Of a DNA stretch of 64,000 nt, positions 25,991-40,709 are shown in pieces; positions within the stretch are counted from its first letter, which is position 1, and each line of letters begins with the position of its first letter. This DNA comes from the human T2T-CHM13v2.0 reference genome, Homo sapiens: the NCBI RefSeq assembly GCF_009914755.1, contig NC_060936.1. One strand, 5' to 3'. A program made the translations under genes and the position numbers. The notes below the pieces were generated by a model. It ran no database searches, was not told the origin of the DNA, and worked only from the letters and a program-made list of their open reading frames with translations.

Positions 25991-28900
25991 AAAAAATAAG
26001 ATAATAGACTTCAAGATGGCTGACTAGAGGCATCTGGTACTTTCCTCCTCCACAAAGAAGGACAAAAATAGCAGGTAGATAATCACACTTTGAATAGATC
26101 ATCCAAGAGAGAACATTGGAATTCAACAGAGACGTGACAGGAAACACCTAAAGCAAGGAAGGAGACGGAAGCAAGTCACCCTGCTTGGCCAGGATTGGCT
26201 GGGAGCCTCTCCAGGTTGCTCAATGCAATGAAAGGATAAGTGAGAGACCCCCAGCAGTCCACATTCCCACCATGGATTCCTGCAATCCTAGCCGCAGGAG
26301 AGCCTCTAGACTCTTGTAGGCCTTAAGACTAACATAGGGAGCTGCCTGGAGCCTGGGTGAGGGCATTGCTCCAGAGAGGGAGCTCACACTGGATCTCATA
26401 CACCCCCAGATCTCTAAGCAGCTGCAGCACAGCACGATATCAAGAGTCCAGACTCCACCAGACTGCGTCCTGCCTGGGGGCCCAACAGCTTCTGGATCTT
26501 CATATCCCTGGAGAACCACTGACATTTCCTTCCCACAGCCACCACCATGGCTGGATGCTGCCACCAGGGCTGAAGCGTGAGCTATTGGCAATAACCCCAC
26601 TGCCCTTGGCAGTGAAATCACCACAAATTTTCATGCACCCTGAAGACAAAATCCTCCATGTACAGCCGTTGCACTGTGGGCTGCTGCCAACAGGGATGAA
26701 GCACAAGTGAAGCAAGCATTCGCCAGCCGCCTGCATCTGGCTGCTGCCACTGAAAGCAACCTCACCCTCCCCAATAGCAGGGCTGCCACACAGCCACTGC
26801 TGCCCCAACCCGAGCATTCCACCAGGGGCCAAGGGATCACCCCACCCTTGCCTACCACAGCCAGTGTCTGCATGCCCCAGCAGAGGGCATTGGGACAGGT
26901 CCACCTGACCTGGCTCTCTGTTCCCCCCATCCAGTGCCAGTATCCTGTCTGGGGCCTGGGAACTGCCCAGCCCACTCTACCATCGTTGGCACCTGAGAAC
27001 TTCTCCCAGGGTCCTGAGTTCAGGGCCACTCAACTTCCTGGTACCACCATAGGTTGCACCCACCCTTACATGTCACCCACTGTCCTGGGGACTGAACTGC
27101 CCAGCTCACTGCAGCCACTGCCAAGAGCAGCACAGACCACTTTGGAGGCAGAGGGTTGCCCCACCACTGCTAACGATTGCATCACCTTTGCCACACCCAC
27201 TTCTCTGGGGACTGAAAGCCTGCCCAACAGCCTGGCCCACCACTACTACTACTGTCCCCTGAGCAAGCCACCGGGAGGCCCAAGAATTGGCCTGTCTGGA
27301 CCCACTAACACCAGTGCCAGTGTACACCTCCCTGGGACCCAAGGACATGCATGCTCAGCCCACTGCCACAACTGGGGCCCAAGGACAGGATCATCTGGCA
27401 TCCTTGTCCCCAGAAAAACTTCACCACAGCCTCCACTAACAATGCCACCCTAAGCCACTGAGGAAATCACAGACACCACAGACGCTGTTTATAGCTGAAG
27501 AAATCATATTGAGACTACACTACTGCATGTGTCTAAGATCAAAGTCAAAATGTCCTACCCAACCAACACCATAGATATAGCTTTAGGAAAAAGTCCTCCC
27601 ATATAAAAGCAAATTTTAAAAATGGGAAGATGCAACTATTACACCAGATGCACAGATATCAATGTAAGGACACAAGAAATATGAAAAAGCAAGGAAATAC
27701 GACACCTCCAAAGAACACAATAATTCTTCAGCAACAGATTCCAATAAAAAAATAATTTATATAATACCGGAAAATGAATTTAAGATAATATTAAAGAAGC
27801 TCAGTGAGATACAAGAGAATACAGAAAAGCAATGCAAAGAAATAAAAAAAACTCAGGATATGAATAAGAAATTTGCTAAGAAGATAGATATCATTACAAA
27901 GAACCAAACAGAAATTCTGAAACTGAAGAATTCATTAAATGAAATACAAAATACATTTGTAAACGTTAACAATAGACTAGATCAAGCAGAAGAAAGAATT
28001 TCAGAACTCGAAGACAGGTCTTTTGAAATAACTCAGACAAAAATTTTCTTTAAAAAAAGAATAAACAAAGCCTATGTGACATATAGGACATCATTAAGTG
28101 GCCAAATGTTCACATTTTTGGTGTCCCATAAGGCAAAAGAAACAAAAAGGATGGAAAGTCTATTTCACAAAATACTAGCTGGAAACTTTCCAAGTCTAGC
28201 AAGCGATTATGACATCAGGACACAGGAAGCTCATAGATCCCCAAACAGATATAATTCAAAAAGGTCTTCTTCACAGTACATTGTAGTCAAACTGTAAAAA
28301 GTTAAGGACAAAGAGAGAATTCTAAAAACAGCAAGGGAAAGTTGTCTAGTTGCTTACAAGGGAACTTCCATGAGACTAGCAATGGATTTCTCAGCAGAAA
28401 CCTTTCAGATCAGGAGAGAATGAGATGATATATTCAAATTTATTGGAAAAGGAAAAAAACTGCTAGTCAAGGATACTATACCCAGCAAAGTTATTCCTTA
28501 TAAACAAAGGAGAAATAAAATATTTCCCAGATAAGCAAAAGCTGAGGGAATTCATCACCACTAGACTTGCTCTACAAGAAATTCTTGAATTGTCCTGAAA
28601 AAGAAAGGACAATATCTACCATGATGAAAACACATGAAAGTATAAAATTCACTGGCAGAGCAAACACAAATAAGGAAGAGTAAGGACTCAAATGTTACCA
28701 CTACAGAAAACTACCAAACCAGAATGATAAACAATAAGAGAAAAAGAAAAGAACAAAGGATACCCAAAATAGCCAGAAATCAATTAATACAATGACAGGA
28801 ATAGCTCTCACATATTGATAATAACCTTGAATGTAAACAGATTAAACTTTCTATTTAAAAGGTATAGATTAGCTGAATGGTTTAAAAAAAAAGGGACCAA

Positions 28901-29435
28901 CTATATGCTGCCTAGAAGAAACTCATCTCACCTGTGAAGACATATACAGAATGAAACGGAAGAAAAAAGATATTCCACGCAAACAGAAACCAAAAGCAAA
29001 CAGGAGTAGCTATACTTATATTAGATAAAACAAACTTTAAGTCAAAAACAGATACAGAAAAATGAGATGAAGGAGGTCATTATATAATGACAAAAGGATC
29101 AAGTTAGCAAGAGTATATGGCAATTCTAAACCTGTGTGCACCCAACACTGGAACACCCAGATATATGTGGCAAATATTATTAGATCTAAAGGGAGAGACA
29201 GACTCCAATACAATAATAGTTGGAACGTAAACACCCCACTCTCAGCATTATGTAGATAATTTAGACAGAAAATTACCAAAAAAATTGGATTTAAACTGCA
29301 CATTTGACTAAATGGACCTAGGCATGTACAGAACGTTTTATCTGACAGCCACAGAATGCACATTATTCTCACCAGCACATGAAACATTCTCCAGGACAGA
29401 TCATATATTAAGACACAAAACAAGTCTCAGTAAAT

Positions 29436-29700
29436 TAATCCCGGCACTTTGTGGGGCTGAGGCGGGTGGATCACGAGGTCAGGAGTTGAAGATCAGCCTG
29501 GCCAAGATGGTGAAACCCCATCTCTACTAAAAATACAAAAAAAATTAGCCACACATGGTGGTGGGCGCCTGTAATCCCAGCTACTTGGGAGACTGAGGCA
29601 GAGAATTGCTTAAACCCAGGAGGCAGAGGATGCAGTGAGCAGAGATCACACCACTGCACTCCAGCCTAGGTGACAGAGCAAAACTCCATCTCAAAAAAAT
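29436..29700 (+). mobile_element. Alu (AluS-like, 5' truncated) within L1
   Basis: Alu consensus segments and A-tail. Confidence 0.9.
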
Positions 29701-31794
29701 ATATAATAATAATAATTGAAATCATTTCTAGTATCTTCTCAGACTACAATAGAATAAAACTAGAAATCAATAACAAGAGAAATTTTAGAAACTATTCAAA
29801 TACATGAAAATTAAGCAACATGCACCTGAATGACCAATGGGTCAAGGAAGAAATTAAGGAGGAAATTTAAAACTTACTTGAAACAAATGAAAATTGAAAA
29901 ACAATATACCAAAACTTGTGGGATACAGTAAAAGCAGTATAAAGAGGACAGTTTGTAGCAATAAGTGCTTACATCAAATAGTAGAAAGATTTCTAACAAT
30001 CTAATAATACACCTCAAGGAAATATAAAAGCAAGAACAAACCAAACCTAAAATTAGTGAATGGAAAAAAGTAAGAAATACTGGAACAGAAACAAACAAAC
30101 TAGAGACTAAAAAATTATGAAGGATCAACAAAATGAAAAGTTGGTTTTTGAAAAAGATAAAACCAATAAACTGCTAGCTAGACTAACCAAGAACAAAGAG
30201 AGAGGACCCAAATGAACAAAATCAGAAATGAAAAAAGCATACATTACAATGAATACCACATAAATAGAGACCATTATAAGCAACTATACACTAAGACAAA
30301 CTGGAAAACCTAGAGGAAATGGATAAATTCCTGGACACATACAAGCTACCAAGATTGAACTGAAATAAATAGAAAACCTGAACAGACCAATAACACATAA
30401 TAAAATTGAACCAGTAATAAAAAGCCTCCCAACAAAGGAAAATCTAGGACCAGATAGACTCACTGCCAAATTGTACCAAACTTTCAAAGAACTAACACCA
30501 ATTATCCTCAAGTTATTCCAAAATATTGGAGAGGATGGAATTTTCCCTAACTCGTTCTGTGAGGCCAGCATTACTCTAATATCAAAACCAGATAAAGACA
30601 CAACAACAACAAAAGAAAACTACAGGCCAGTATCTCTGATGACCATAGATGCAAAAAATCTTCAACAAAATACTAGCAAGCCAAATCCAACAGCACATCA
30701 AAAATATAATATGCCATGATCAAGTGGGATTTATACTAGGGATGCAAGGATGGTTCAACATATGCAAATCAATAAAAGTAATATATGACATCAAAAGAAT
30801 GAAAGACAATAACCATATAATCATCTTCATAGATGAAGAAAAAGCACTTAATAAAATTCAGCATTGCTTCATGATTAGAAACTCGCAGCAAACTAGGCAT
30901 AGAAGGAAAATACCTCAACATAATAAAGGTCATATATAACAAACCCACAGGTAACATCATACTGAATGGGGAAAATCTGAAAGCCTTTCTTCTAAGAACT
31001 GGAACAAAAAAAAGATGCCCACTTTCACCACTCCTATTCAACATAGTATTCTAAGTCCTTGCCAGAGCAATCAGGCAAGAGAAAGAAATAAAAAGCATCC
31101 AAATTGGAAAAGAGGAAGTCAAACTACTCTTCTTTGCAGATGGCATAATCTTATATCTAGAAAAACCTAAAGACTCCACCAAAAAACTCTTAGATATGAT
31201 AAATACATTCAGTACAGTTACAGGATATAAAATCAATATACAAAAATCAGTAGTGTTTCTATATACCAATAATTAACTAGCTGAGAAAGTAATCAAGAAG
31301 GCAATCTCATTTACACTAACTACCAAAAAAGTACCTAGGAATAAATTTAACCAAGAAGGTGAAGGACCTGCATAAGGAAAGCTACAAAACTGATGAAAAA
31401 AATTGAAGAGGATACAAATGAAAAGATTTTATGTTTATGGACTGGGATAATTAATATAATTAAAATGACCATACTGCCCAAAGCAATCTACAGATTTAAT
31501 GCAACGATTATCAAAATACCAATGCCATTTTTCACAAGAGTAGAAAAAAATCATAAAATTCATATGGAATGGAAAAAAAAGTCAGAATAGCTAAAGCAAT
31601 CCTGAGTAAAAACAAAAACATAAACAAAAACAAAAAACAAAGCTGGAGGCATCACACTGCCTGACTTCAAAGTATGTTTCAAGGCTATAGTAACCCAAAC
31701 AGCATGATATTGGTATAAAAACAGACCCAAAGACCAATGAAACAGAATAGAGAACCCAGAAATAAATCCATATATTTAGAGCCAGCTAATTTTC

Positions 31795-32117
31795 TTTTTA
31801 AAAATTAATTACTTAATTAATTAGTTTTTAGAGGTAGGGTCTTGCTCTGCCACCCAGGCTGGAGTGCAATGGCGTGCAAGACTCACAGCAGTCTTGAACT
31901 CCTGGGCTCAAGCAATCCTCCCACCTCAGCCTTCTAAATAGCTAGGACTATAGCCATGTGCCACCACATGGCACATGGTTACATTTTAAAATTTTTTGTA
32001 GAGATAGGGGTCTCACTATGCTGCTCATGCTGGCCTCAAACTCATGGCCTCACATGATCCTCCCACCTTGATCTCCTAAAGTGATGAGATTACAAGTGTG
32101 AGCCACCATGCCTGGCC
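31795..32117 (-). mobile_element. Alu (AluJ-like) within L1
   Basis: TSD AGCCAGCTAATTTTC at 31780-31794 and 32121-32135. Confidence 0.9.
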
Positions 32118-32783
32118 TCAAGCCAGCTAATTTTCAACGAAGGCACCAAGAACATACAACAAGAAAAGAACAATCTGTTCAATAAATGGTGCTGGGAAAA
32201 TTGGATTTCCATATGCAGAAGAATAAAACTGGATCCCTATCTCTCATGATTTACAAAAATCAACTCAAAATGGATTAAAGACTTAAATGTAAGTCCCCAA
32301 ACTATAAAGCTACTAGAAGAAAACGTAGGGGAAATACTTAAGAACATTAGTCTCTACAGAAATTTTATGGATAAGACCTCAAAAGCACAGGCAACAAAAA
32401 CAAAACAAACAAATGGGACTCTATTAAGCTAAAAAGCTTCTGCACAGCAAAGGAAACAATCTAAAATGAGGAGACAGCCTGTTGAATGAGAGAATTATTT
32501 GCAAACTATTCATCTGACAAGGGACTAATATCCAGACTATCTAAGAAACTCAAACAACTCAACAGTAAAAACAAAACAAAACAAAACAAATAATCCCATT
32601 GAAATGTGGGCAAAAGACATGAATAGACATTTCTCAAAAGACATGAATAGACATTTCTCAAAAGAAGACATACAAATGGCCAATAGATATATGAAAAAAT
32701 GCTCAATATCACGAATCACGAGGGAAATGCAAATCAATACTACAAAGATATATCATCTCATCCCAGTTAGAATAGCTATTAAT

Positions 32784-32785
<2 letters not shown>

Positions 32786-32828
<43 letters not shown>
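32786..32828. repeat. (CA)n microsatellite
   Basis: Direct observation. Confidence 0.97.
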
Positions 32829-32831
<3 letters not shown>

Positions 32832-33709
32832 CAGATGCTAGCAAGGATGCAGAGAAAAAGAAACTCATATGCCATTGGTGGGAATGTAAATTAGTATAGC
32901 CACTATGGAAAACAATATGGTGATTTCTCAAAAAACTAAAAATAGAACTACCATATGATGCCACTACCTAGAATTTATCCAAAGGGAAAGAAATCTGTTT
33001 ATCAAAGGTATACCTGCACTGGCATCTTTATCACAGCACTATTCACAATAGCAAAGATACAAAATCAATCTAAGTGTCCATCAAAAGATGAATAAAGGAG
33101 ATGTGGTATATACACAGAATGGAATATTTGGCCGCCAAAAAAATGAAATGCCATTTGCAGCAACATGGATGAACTGGAGGGTGTTAAGTGAAACAAGCCA
33201 GGCATAGAAAAACAAACACTGGGCCGGGAGCGGTGGCTCTTGCTTGTAATCCAAGCACTTTGGAAGGCTGAGGCAGGAGGATCACTTGAGGCCACGAGTT
33301 CAAGACAAGCACTACGTGTTCTCGTTCATATGTGGGAGCTAAAAAAGTTGATCTCATGGGGGTAGAGAGTAGAATGACAGATACCAGAGTCTGGGAAATG
33401 TGTGTGGGTGAGTGGGGGAGGAATAAAGAGGAAGGTTAGTGGGCACGAGCATACAATTAGATAGAAGGAATGAGCTCTAATATTTGATAGCAGAGTAGGG
33501 TGACTATAGTTAGCACTGCATTGTATATTTCACAATAGTTAGAAGAGAGGACTTGAAATGTTCCCAACACATAGAAATGATAAATACTCCAGGTGATGGA
33601 CATCCCCAAATACTCTGACTTGATCATTACACCTTCTGTGCATATAACAAAATATTACATATTCCCATAAATGTGTACAAGTATTATGTATCAGTAAAAA
33701 TAAGATGAT

Positions 33710-36700
33710 GGCACATTCAAATATACCAATGTTCACAATAAATGTAAATATGCTTAACTTGCTAACTAGTAAAAGAGATTGCCAGTTTGGATAAAAATGT
33801 AAAAGCTATAAACTATTTTCAACAGATATGGCTAAAATGACAGAAAGTTCGTAAATAAAGGGATAGAGGAAAAAGTATATATCAGGTAAATACTAAGCAT
33901 GAGCATGCTGGTGTCACTCTATGACTATCAGACAAAATACACATTAAAATAAAAAGTGTTGTAGGAGTTAATAAGGATCAAGCAAATATAAAATCAGCAA
34001 AGATACAGAAAATTTAAGCAATACAGTTAACAAGCTTGATCTAATGGCATGTATAGAAGATTTCATCCAACAATGAGAGCACACATATTCTTCTCAAGCA
34101 CATATGGAATATTTACAAAACTTGATGTCATACTCAGCCATTAAAATAAATTTAAATTAATTTCACATAGTATATGCACCAAATTCTTGGACCACAAAGC
34201 AACTGAGTTAAACATTTAGAATAAAAAGGTAAATATAAATATTTATCTACATTCCCATATTTGTAAATTTAAAAACACACTTTTAAATAACTGAAATATG
34301 GAAGAAATCACAAAGAAATTTCAAAATATTTAGAAGCAAATGATAATTAAAACACTACCTCTATACCAAAACTACAGGCAACAAAAGAAAAAATAGATAG
34401 ACTGGACATCAAAATTAAAAACCTGTATGTATCAAAGGCTACAGTCAACAGAGTGAAAAGGCAACCCATAGAATGGGAGCAAATATTTGTAAATCATCAA
34501 TCCAACAAGAGGTTAATGTTCAGAATATACAAAGAACTCCTATGACTCAACAACAACAACAACAACAACACCTGATTTAAAAATGAGCCAAGAACTTGAA
34601 CAGATATTTCTCAAAGATGAGCAAATGGCCAATAAGCACATGAAAAGATGTTCAAAGTCATTAATCATTAAGGGCATGCAAATCAAAGTTGCCATGAGAT
34701 ACTACCTCACACCCATTAGGATGGCTACTACCAGGAAAACTAAAAAAAAACTAACAAAAAGAAAACTGCAGAAAATAACAAGCTGGCAAGGATTTAGAAA
34801 AGTCGGAACCCTTGTGATAGAGGCTGCATCCTTTTACATTCCCACAACTCTGTGTGTGTGTGTGTGTGTGTGTATGTGTACATATATATGTATACACACA
34901 AAATGAAATATTATTCAGCCTCAAAAAGGAGGGAAATTCTGACATATGCTACAACATGGATGGACCTTAAGGGCATTATGCTAAGTGAAGGAAGCCCATC
35001 ACAAAATGACAAATACTGTATGTTTCTACTTATATGTTGTACATAGAATAGTTAAATTCATAGAGATTGGCATAGAATGAGGGTGCCAGAGGCTGGGGGG
35101 AGAAGAGAATGGAGAGTTATTGTTTAATAAGTATAAAGTTTTGCAAGATAAAAAGAGTTTTGGAGATGGATGGTGGTGATTGTTGCACAACAATGAGAAT
35201 GCACTTATTATCAGCGATACTTTTAATAAGTTCACTTAAAATGGTTAAGATAGTAAATGTTTATATTATATATATTTTGCCATAAATAAAAATAAAATTT
35301 AAAAAACCTCACTACCAATCAAAACCTGTGAGATGCAGCAAAAACAGAGCTTCTAGTGGCATAGTGTAGACTTAACATTTATTTTAGAAATACAGGGAGG
35401 CTAAAACTTAAAGCTATGTGTCTCATTTAAGAAGTCAGGAGGAGGAACAAAATAAACCCAAAGAAAGGGAAAGGAGAACATAAGAAAGAGCTAAGATAGA
35501 TGAAATAGAAAATAGAGAAATAGTTAAGAGCAGTCAATGGAGACAAAAGATGATTCCTGACAAGACTAACAAAATAAAGAAATCTATAGGGAATTGGAAA
35601 GAAAAAATGCATAATACTGTAAATTAAAAGGGGACACAATTACAGATACAGCAGAGATTTAAAAGATGATAATAAGAGAATAATAGATTCATACAAATAA
35701 ATTTGAAAAGTCAGATAAAATGGATGGATTCTAAATAAAAGTACTTCAAATTCTAAGAAATAGAAAGCCACATTAGCATTACAAGTGATCAATAAATCAA
35801 AGCAGCAATTTTATCTTCCCATAAGAAAACATCAGGCCTATATGCTTTATAGATGAAATCTATCAAGCATTTGAGGAAAAGATCATTCTAATCTTATTCA
35901 AATACTTCCAAAAACCAGAAAAAGAGGGACTACTTCCAAATATATTCTATGAAGCTAGTATAATTTTGAAAACCTAACAAGGATAGTAAAGGAATGAAAA
36001 ATTAAGGGACCATTTCACTTATAAATATAGAAGCAAAAATCCTAAACAAAATATTAATAAACCAAATCTAGTAATGCATAAAAGGATAATTTACTATAAT
36101 CAAGTTAGGTTTCTCACAGGAATGCAAGGATTGGTTAACATTAGAAAATTCAATAGTTAAGTAGGCAGAAGACAATATGCATTTCACAAAAGAGGATATA
36201 CATACAGCTAATAACATATAAAGAAATGCTCAACTTCATGAGTGATCAGGGAAATGCAATGCTAGACCACTATGAAATACTATTTTATACTAAAGAATTG
36301 TTAATAAAAATTGTTTTTTTGAGACAAGGTCTTGATCTGTCACTCAGGCTGGAGTGCAGTGACATGATCACAGCTCACTGCAGCCTCAGACTCCTGGGGT
36401 CAAGTGATCCTCCCACCTCAGTCTCCTGAATAGCACCACAGGTGCACACCACCACGACTGGCTAATTTTCATTTTTAAAAAATTTTTGGTGGAGATGAGG
36501 TCTCACTATGTTGCCCAGGCTGGTCTTGAATTCCTGGGCTGAAGCAATCCTCCTGACTTGACCTCCCAAAGTGCTGGGATTACAGGCATGAGCCACTGCA
36601 CCTGACCAACAAAAAACTTTTAACAACATTCAGAGTTAGATAAATTGTGCATCAGTGGGATCTCTTATTCATTGCTTGTGGGAATATAATTGGTGTGAGT

Positions 36701-36780
36701 ATTTTGGAAAACCAATTTGGAATTTTCTTTTCAAAGTTGAATGCCCACATATCTTAGGGCCTAGCAATTCCATTCCTTGA
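33710..36780 (+). mobile_element. Mosaic of older L1 ORF2 and 3' fragments, with an L1MB-like 3' piece ~34370-35300
   Basis: A-rich L1 ORF2 motifs; ORF 34583..34906 CSKSLIIKGMQIK. Confidence 0.75.
36313..36608 (-). mobile_element. Alu (AluJ-like)
   Basis: Alu consensus on the reverse strand. Confidence 0.9.
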
Positions 36781-36789
36781 ATGTCATTA

Positions 36790-39700
36790 GATAATGATAA
36801 ACAGGTCAATTCAGCAAGAGGATATAACAATTGTAAATATATATGCACCCCACACTGGAGCACCCAGATATATAAAGCTAATATTATTAGAGCTAAATAG
36901 AGAGATGGACCCCAATACATAACAGCTGGAGACTTCAACACCCCATTTTCAGCATTGGACAAATCATCCAGAGAGAAAATCAACAAAGAAACATCATACT
37001 TAATCTGCACTACGGGCCAAATAGACTTAATTGATATTTACAGAACATTTCCCTCAATGGCTACAGAATACAAATTATTTTTAGCACATGGATCATTCTC
37101 AAGGATAGAGTACATTTAGGCCAGAAAATAAGTCTTAAAACATTTCAAAAAAATTGAAATAACATAAAGTATTTTCTCTGATCACAATGGAATAAAACTA
37201 GAACTCAACAAGAAGAGGAATTTTGAAAACCATACAGAAACATGGAAATTAAACAATATGCTCTAGAATAATCATTTAGTCAATGAAGAGATTAAGAAGG
37301 AAATTGAAAAATTTCTTGAAACAAATGATAATGGAAACACAACATACTAAAACCTGTGGGATACAGCAAAAACAGTACTAAGATGGAAGTTTGTAGCTTT
37401 ACGTGTCTACATCAAGAAAGTAGAAAATCTTTAAATAATCTAACAATACATCTTGAAGAACTAGAAAAACAAAAGCAAACCAAACCAAAAGTTAGTAGAA
37501 GAAAAGAAATAATAAAGATCAAACAGAAATAAGTGAAATTGAAATGATAAAAAAACCCAAAGATCAATGAAATGAAAAGTTGGTTTTTAAAAAAGATAAA
37601 CAAAATTGACAAACCTTCAGCTCCACTAAGAAAAAAAGAAAGAAGACTTAAATATATAAAATCATAGATGAAAAAGGAGACATTACAACTGACACCACAG
37701 AAATTCAAAGGATCATTAGAGGCTACTATGAGCAAATATATGCCAATAAATTGGAAAACCTAGAAGAAATGAATAAATTCCTAGACACATACAACCTACT
37801 AAGATTGAACCATGAAGAAATCCAAAACCTGAACAAATCAATAACAAGTAATGCTATTGAAGTCATTATAAAAAGTCTCTCAGCAAAGAAAAGGCTGGGA
37901 CCTGACGGCTTCAGAATTGCTGAATTTTACCAAAAATTTAAAAAAGAACTGAAACTGATACCAATCCTACTCAAACTATTATGAAAAATAGAGGAGAAGG
38001 AAATACTTCCAAACTCAGTACACAAGGCCAGCATTATCCTGATACTGAAACCCAACAAAGACATACCAAAACAAAAACCAACCAAACAAAAAACCTACAG
38101 GCTAATATCCCTGAAGAGCACTGATGCAAAAATCCTCAATAAAAACACTAGCAAACTGAATACAGCAATACATTAAAAAGATCATTCATCATGACTAAGA
38201 GGGATTTATTCCATGCAAAGATGTTTCAACAAATGCAAATCAGTCAATATAATACATCTTACCAACAGAAAGAAGGAAAAAAACTGTATGATCATTTCAA
38301 TTGATGCAGAATAAGCATTTGATAAAATTCAACATTTCTTCATGGTAAAACCCCTAAAAAAACTGGGTATACAAGGAACATACCTCAACATAATAAAAAC
38401 CATATACAACAGACCCACAGCTAGTATCATATTAGATGGGGAAAGACTGAAAGCCTTTCCTCTAAGATCTGGAACAAGACAAGGATGTCCACTTTCACCA
38501 CTTTCATTATTCAACATAGTACTAAAAGTCCTACCCACAGCAATCAGACAGGAGAAAAAAATTAAGGGACTCCAAATTCGAAAGGAATAAGTCAAATTAT
38601 CCTTATTTGCAGATAATATGATCTTATATTAGGAAAACCTAAAGACTCCACCAAAAAACTATTAGAACTGATAAACAAACTCAGTAAAGTTTCAGGAGAC
38701 AAAGTCAATATATAAAAATCAGTAGCATTTCTATATGCCAACAGCAAACAATCTGAAAAAGAAATCAAGAAAGTAATCCCATTTACAATAGCCACAAATA
38801 AAATAAAATACCTGGAAATTAATTTAACCAAAAAAGTGAAAGGTCTCTACAAGGAAAATTATAAAATATTGATGTGAGAAATTGAAGATGACACAAAAAA
38901 TGGAAAGATATTCCATGTTCATGGATTGGAAGAATTAATATAGTTAAAATGTCCATACTACCCAAAGCAATCTACACATTGAATGCAATCCCTATCAAAA
39001 TACCAATGACATTCTTCACAGATATAGAAGAAACAATTCAAAAATGTATATGGAACCAAAAAAGACCCAGAAGAGCCAAAGTTATCCTGAGCAAAAAGAA
39101 CAAAACTGGAGGAGTAACATTACCTGACTTCAAATTATGCTACAGAGCTATAGTAACCAAAACAGCATGGCACTGGCATAAAAACAGACACATAGATCAA
39201 TGGAATAGAATAGAGAGTGCAGAAATGAATCCATACATCTACAGTGAACTCATTTTCTACAAAGGTGCCAAGTACACACATTGGGGAGAGGACAGTCTCT
39301 TCAATAAATGGTGCTGGGAAAATTAAATATTCATATGAAAAAGAATGAAACTAGACTCCTATCGCTCACCATACACCAAAATCAAATCAAAGTGGATTAC
39401 ATACTTAAATCTAAGACCTCAAACTATGAAACTACTAAAAGAAAACATTGGGGAAACTCTCCAGGACATTGAACTGGGCAAGGATTTCCTGAGTAATACC
39501 CCACGAGCACATGCAACCAAAGCAAACATTGATAAATGGGATCACATCAAGTTAAAAAGCTTCTGCACAGCAAAAGAAACAATCAACAAAGTAAATAGAC
39601 AATGCACAGAATGGGAGAAAATATTTGCAAACTCCTATCCATCTGAGAAGGGATTAACAACCAGAATACATAAGAAGCTCAAATAACTCGGTGGGAAAAA

Positions 39701-40706
39701 AAATCAAATAATCGATTTTTAAATGGGAAAAAATCTGAATGTACGTGTCTCAAAAGAAGAAAGACAAATGGCAAACAGGTATATAAAAAGATGCTCAACA
39801 TCATTGATTATCAGAGAAATACAAATCAAAACTACAATGAGATATCATCTTACCCTAATTAAAATGGCTTGTATCCAAAAAACAGGCAATTACAAATGCT
39901 AGCAAGGACTTGGAGAAACTCATACACTCATACACTGTTGATAATAATGTAAATTAGTACAACAACTATGGAGAACAGTTTTGAGGTTCCTCAAAAAACT
40001 AGAAATAGAGCTACCATGTGATCCAGCCATCCCACTGCTAGGTATCTACCTAAAAGAAAGAAAATCAGTATATTGAAGAGATATCTGCACTCCCATGTTT
40101 ACTGCAGCACTATTTACAATAGCCAAGATTTGTAAACAATCTAAATGTCCATCAACATTAGAAGAATGGATAAAGAAAATGTGGTACATGTATACAATGG
40201 AGTACTATTCAGCCATAAAGAGAATGAGATTCTGTCATTTGCAACAACATGAATGGAACCAGAGGCCACTATGTTAAGTGAAATAAGTCAGGTACATAAA
40301 GAAACTTCACGTCGCACTTTTTTGTGGGGGCTAAAAATTAAAACAACTGAACCCATAGAGATAAAAATTAGAATAATAGCTACCAGAGGCTGGGAAGGGT
40401 AGCGATGGGGTTGGGGAGAAGTGGGATGGTTAATGGGTACAAAGAATAGAAAGAATGGATAAGATCTAGTATTTGATAGCACAACAGGGTAACTATAGTT
40501 AGTAATAATTTAATTTTACATTTTAAAATAACTAAAAGAGTATAATTGGATTGTTTGTAACACAAAGGATAAATGCTTGAGGCAATGGATATCCCATTTG
40601 CCCTGATATGATTATTACACATTGTATGCCTATATCAAAATATCTCATATACCCCATAAATATATATACACATACTATATACCCACAAAAATTAAAAATT
40701 AAAAAA
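36790..40706 (+). mobile_element. 5'-truncated L1 (ORF2 and 3' UTR)
   Basis: ORF2 peptides in the ORF track ([21 protein letters not shown]; [11 protein letters not shown]; [11 protein letters not shown]), followed by a 3' UTR and A-rich end. Confidence 0.9.
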
Positions 40707-40709
40707 ACA

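Larger units (their letters stand above)
26006..33695 (+). mobile_element. Near full-length decayed L1 (L1MA-like): 5' UTR, ORF1 ~27680-28620, ORF2 ~28790-33200, 3' UTR
   Basis: 5' end caagatggctgactag; ORF1 peptide NNRLDQAEERISELEDRS; RT peptide [11 protein letters not shown]; TSD AAAAATAAGAT(A/G)AT at 25992-26005 and 33696-33709; many stops and frameshifts. Confidence 0.9.

Noticed and set aside
26707-27453. 248-aa plus-strand ORF
   Set aside because: Lies in the C-rich L1 5' UTR and resembles no protein I recognise.
26006-33695. Possible active L1
   Set aside because: ORF1 and ORF2 are broken by many stops, frameshifts and Alu insertions.
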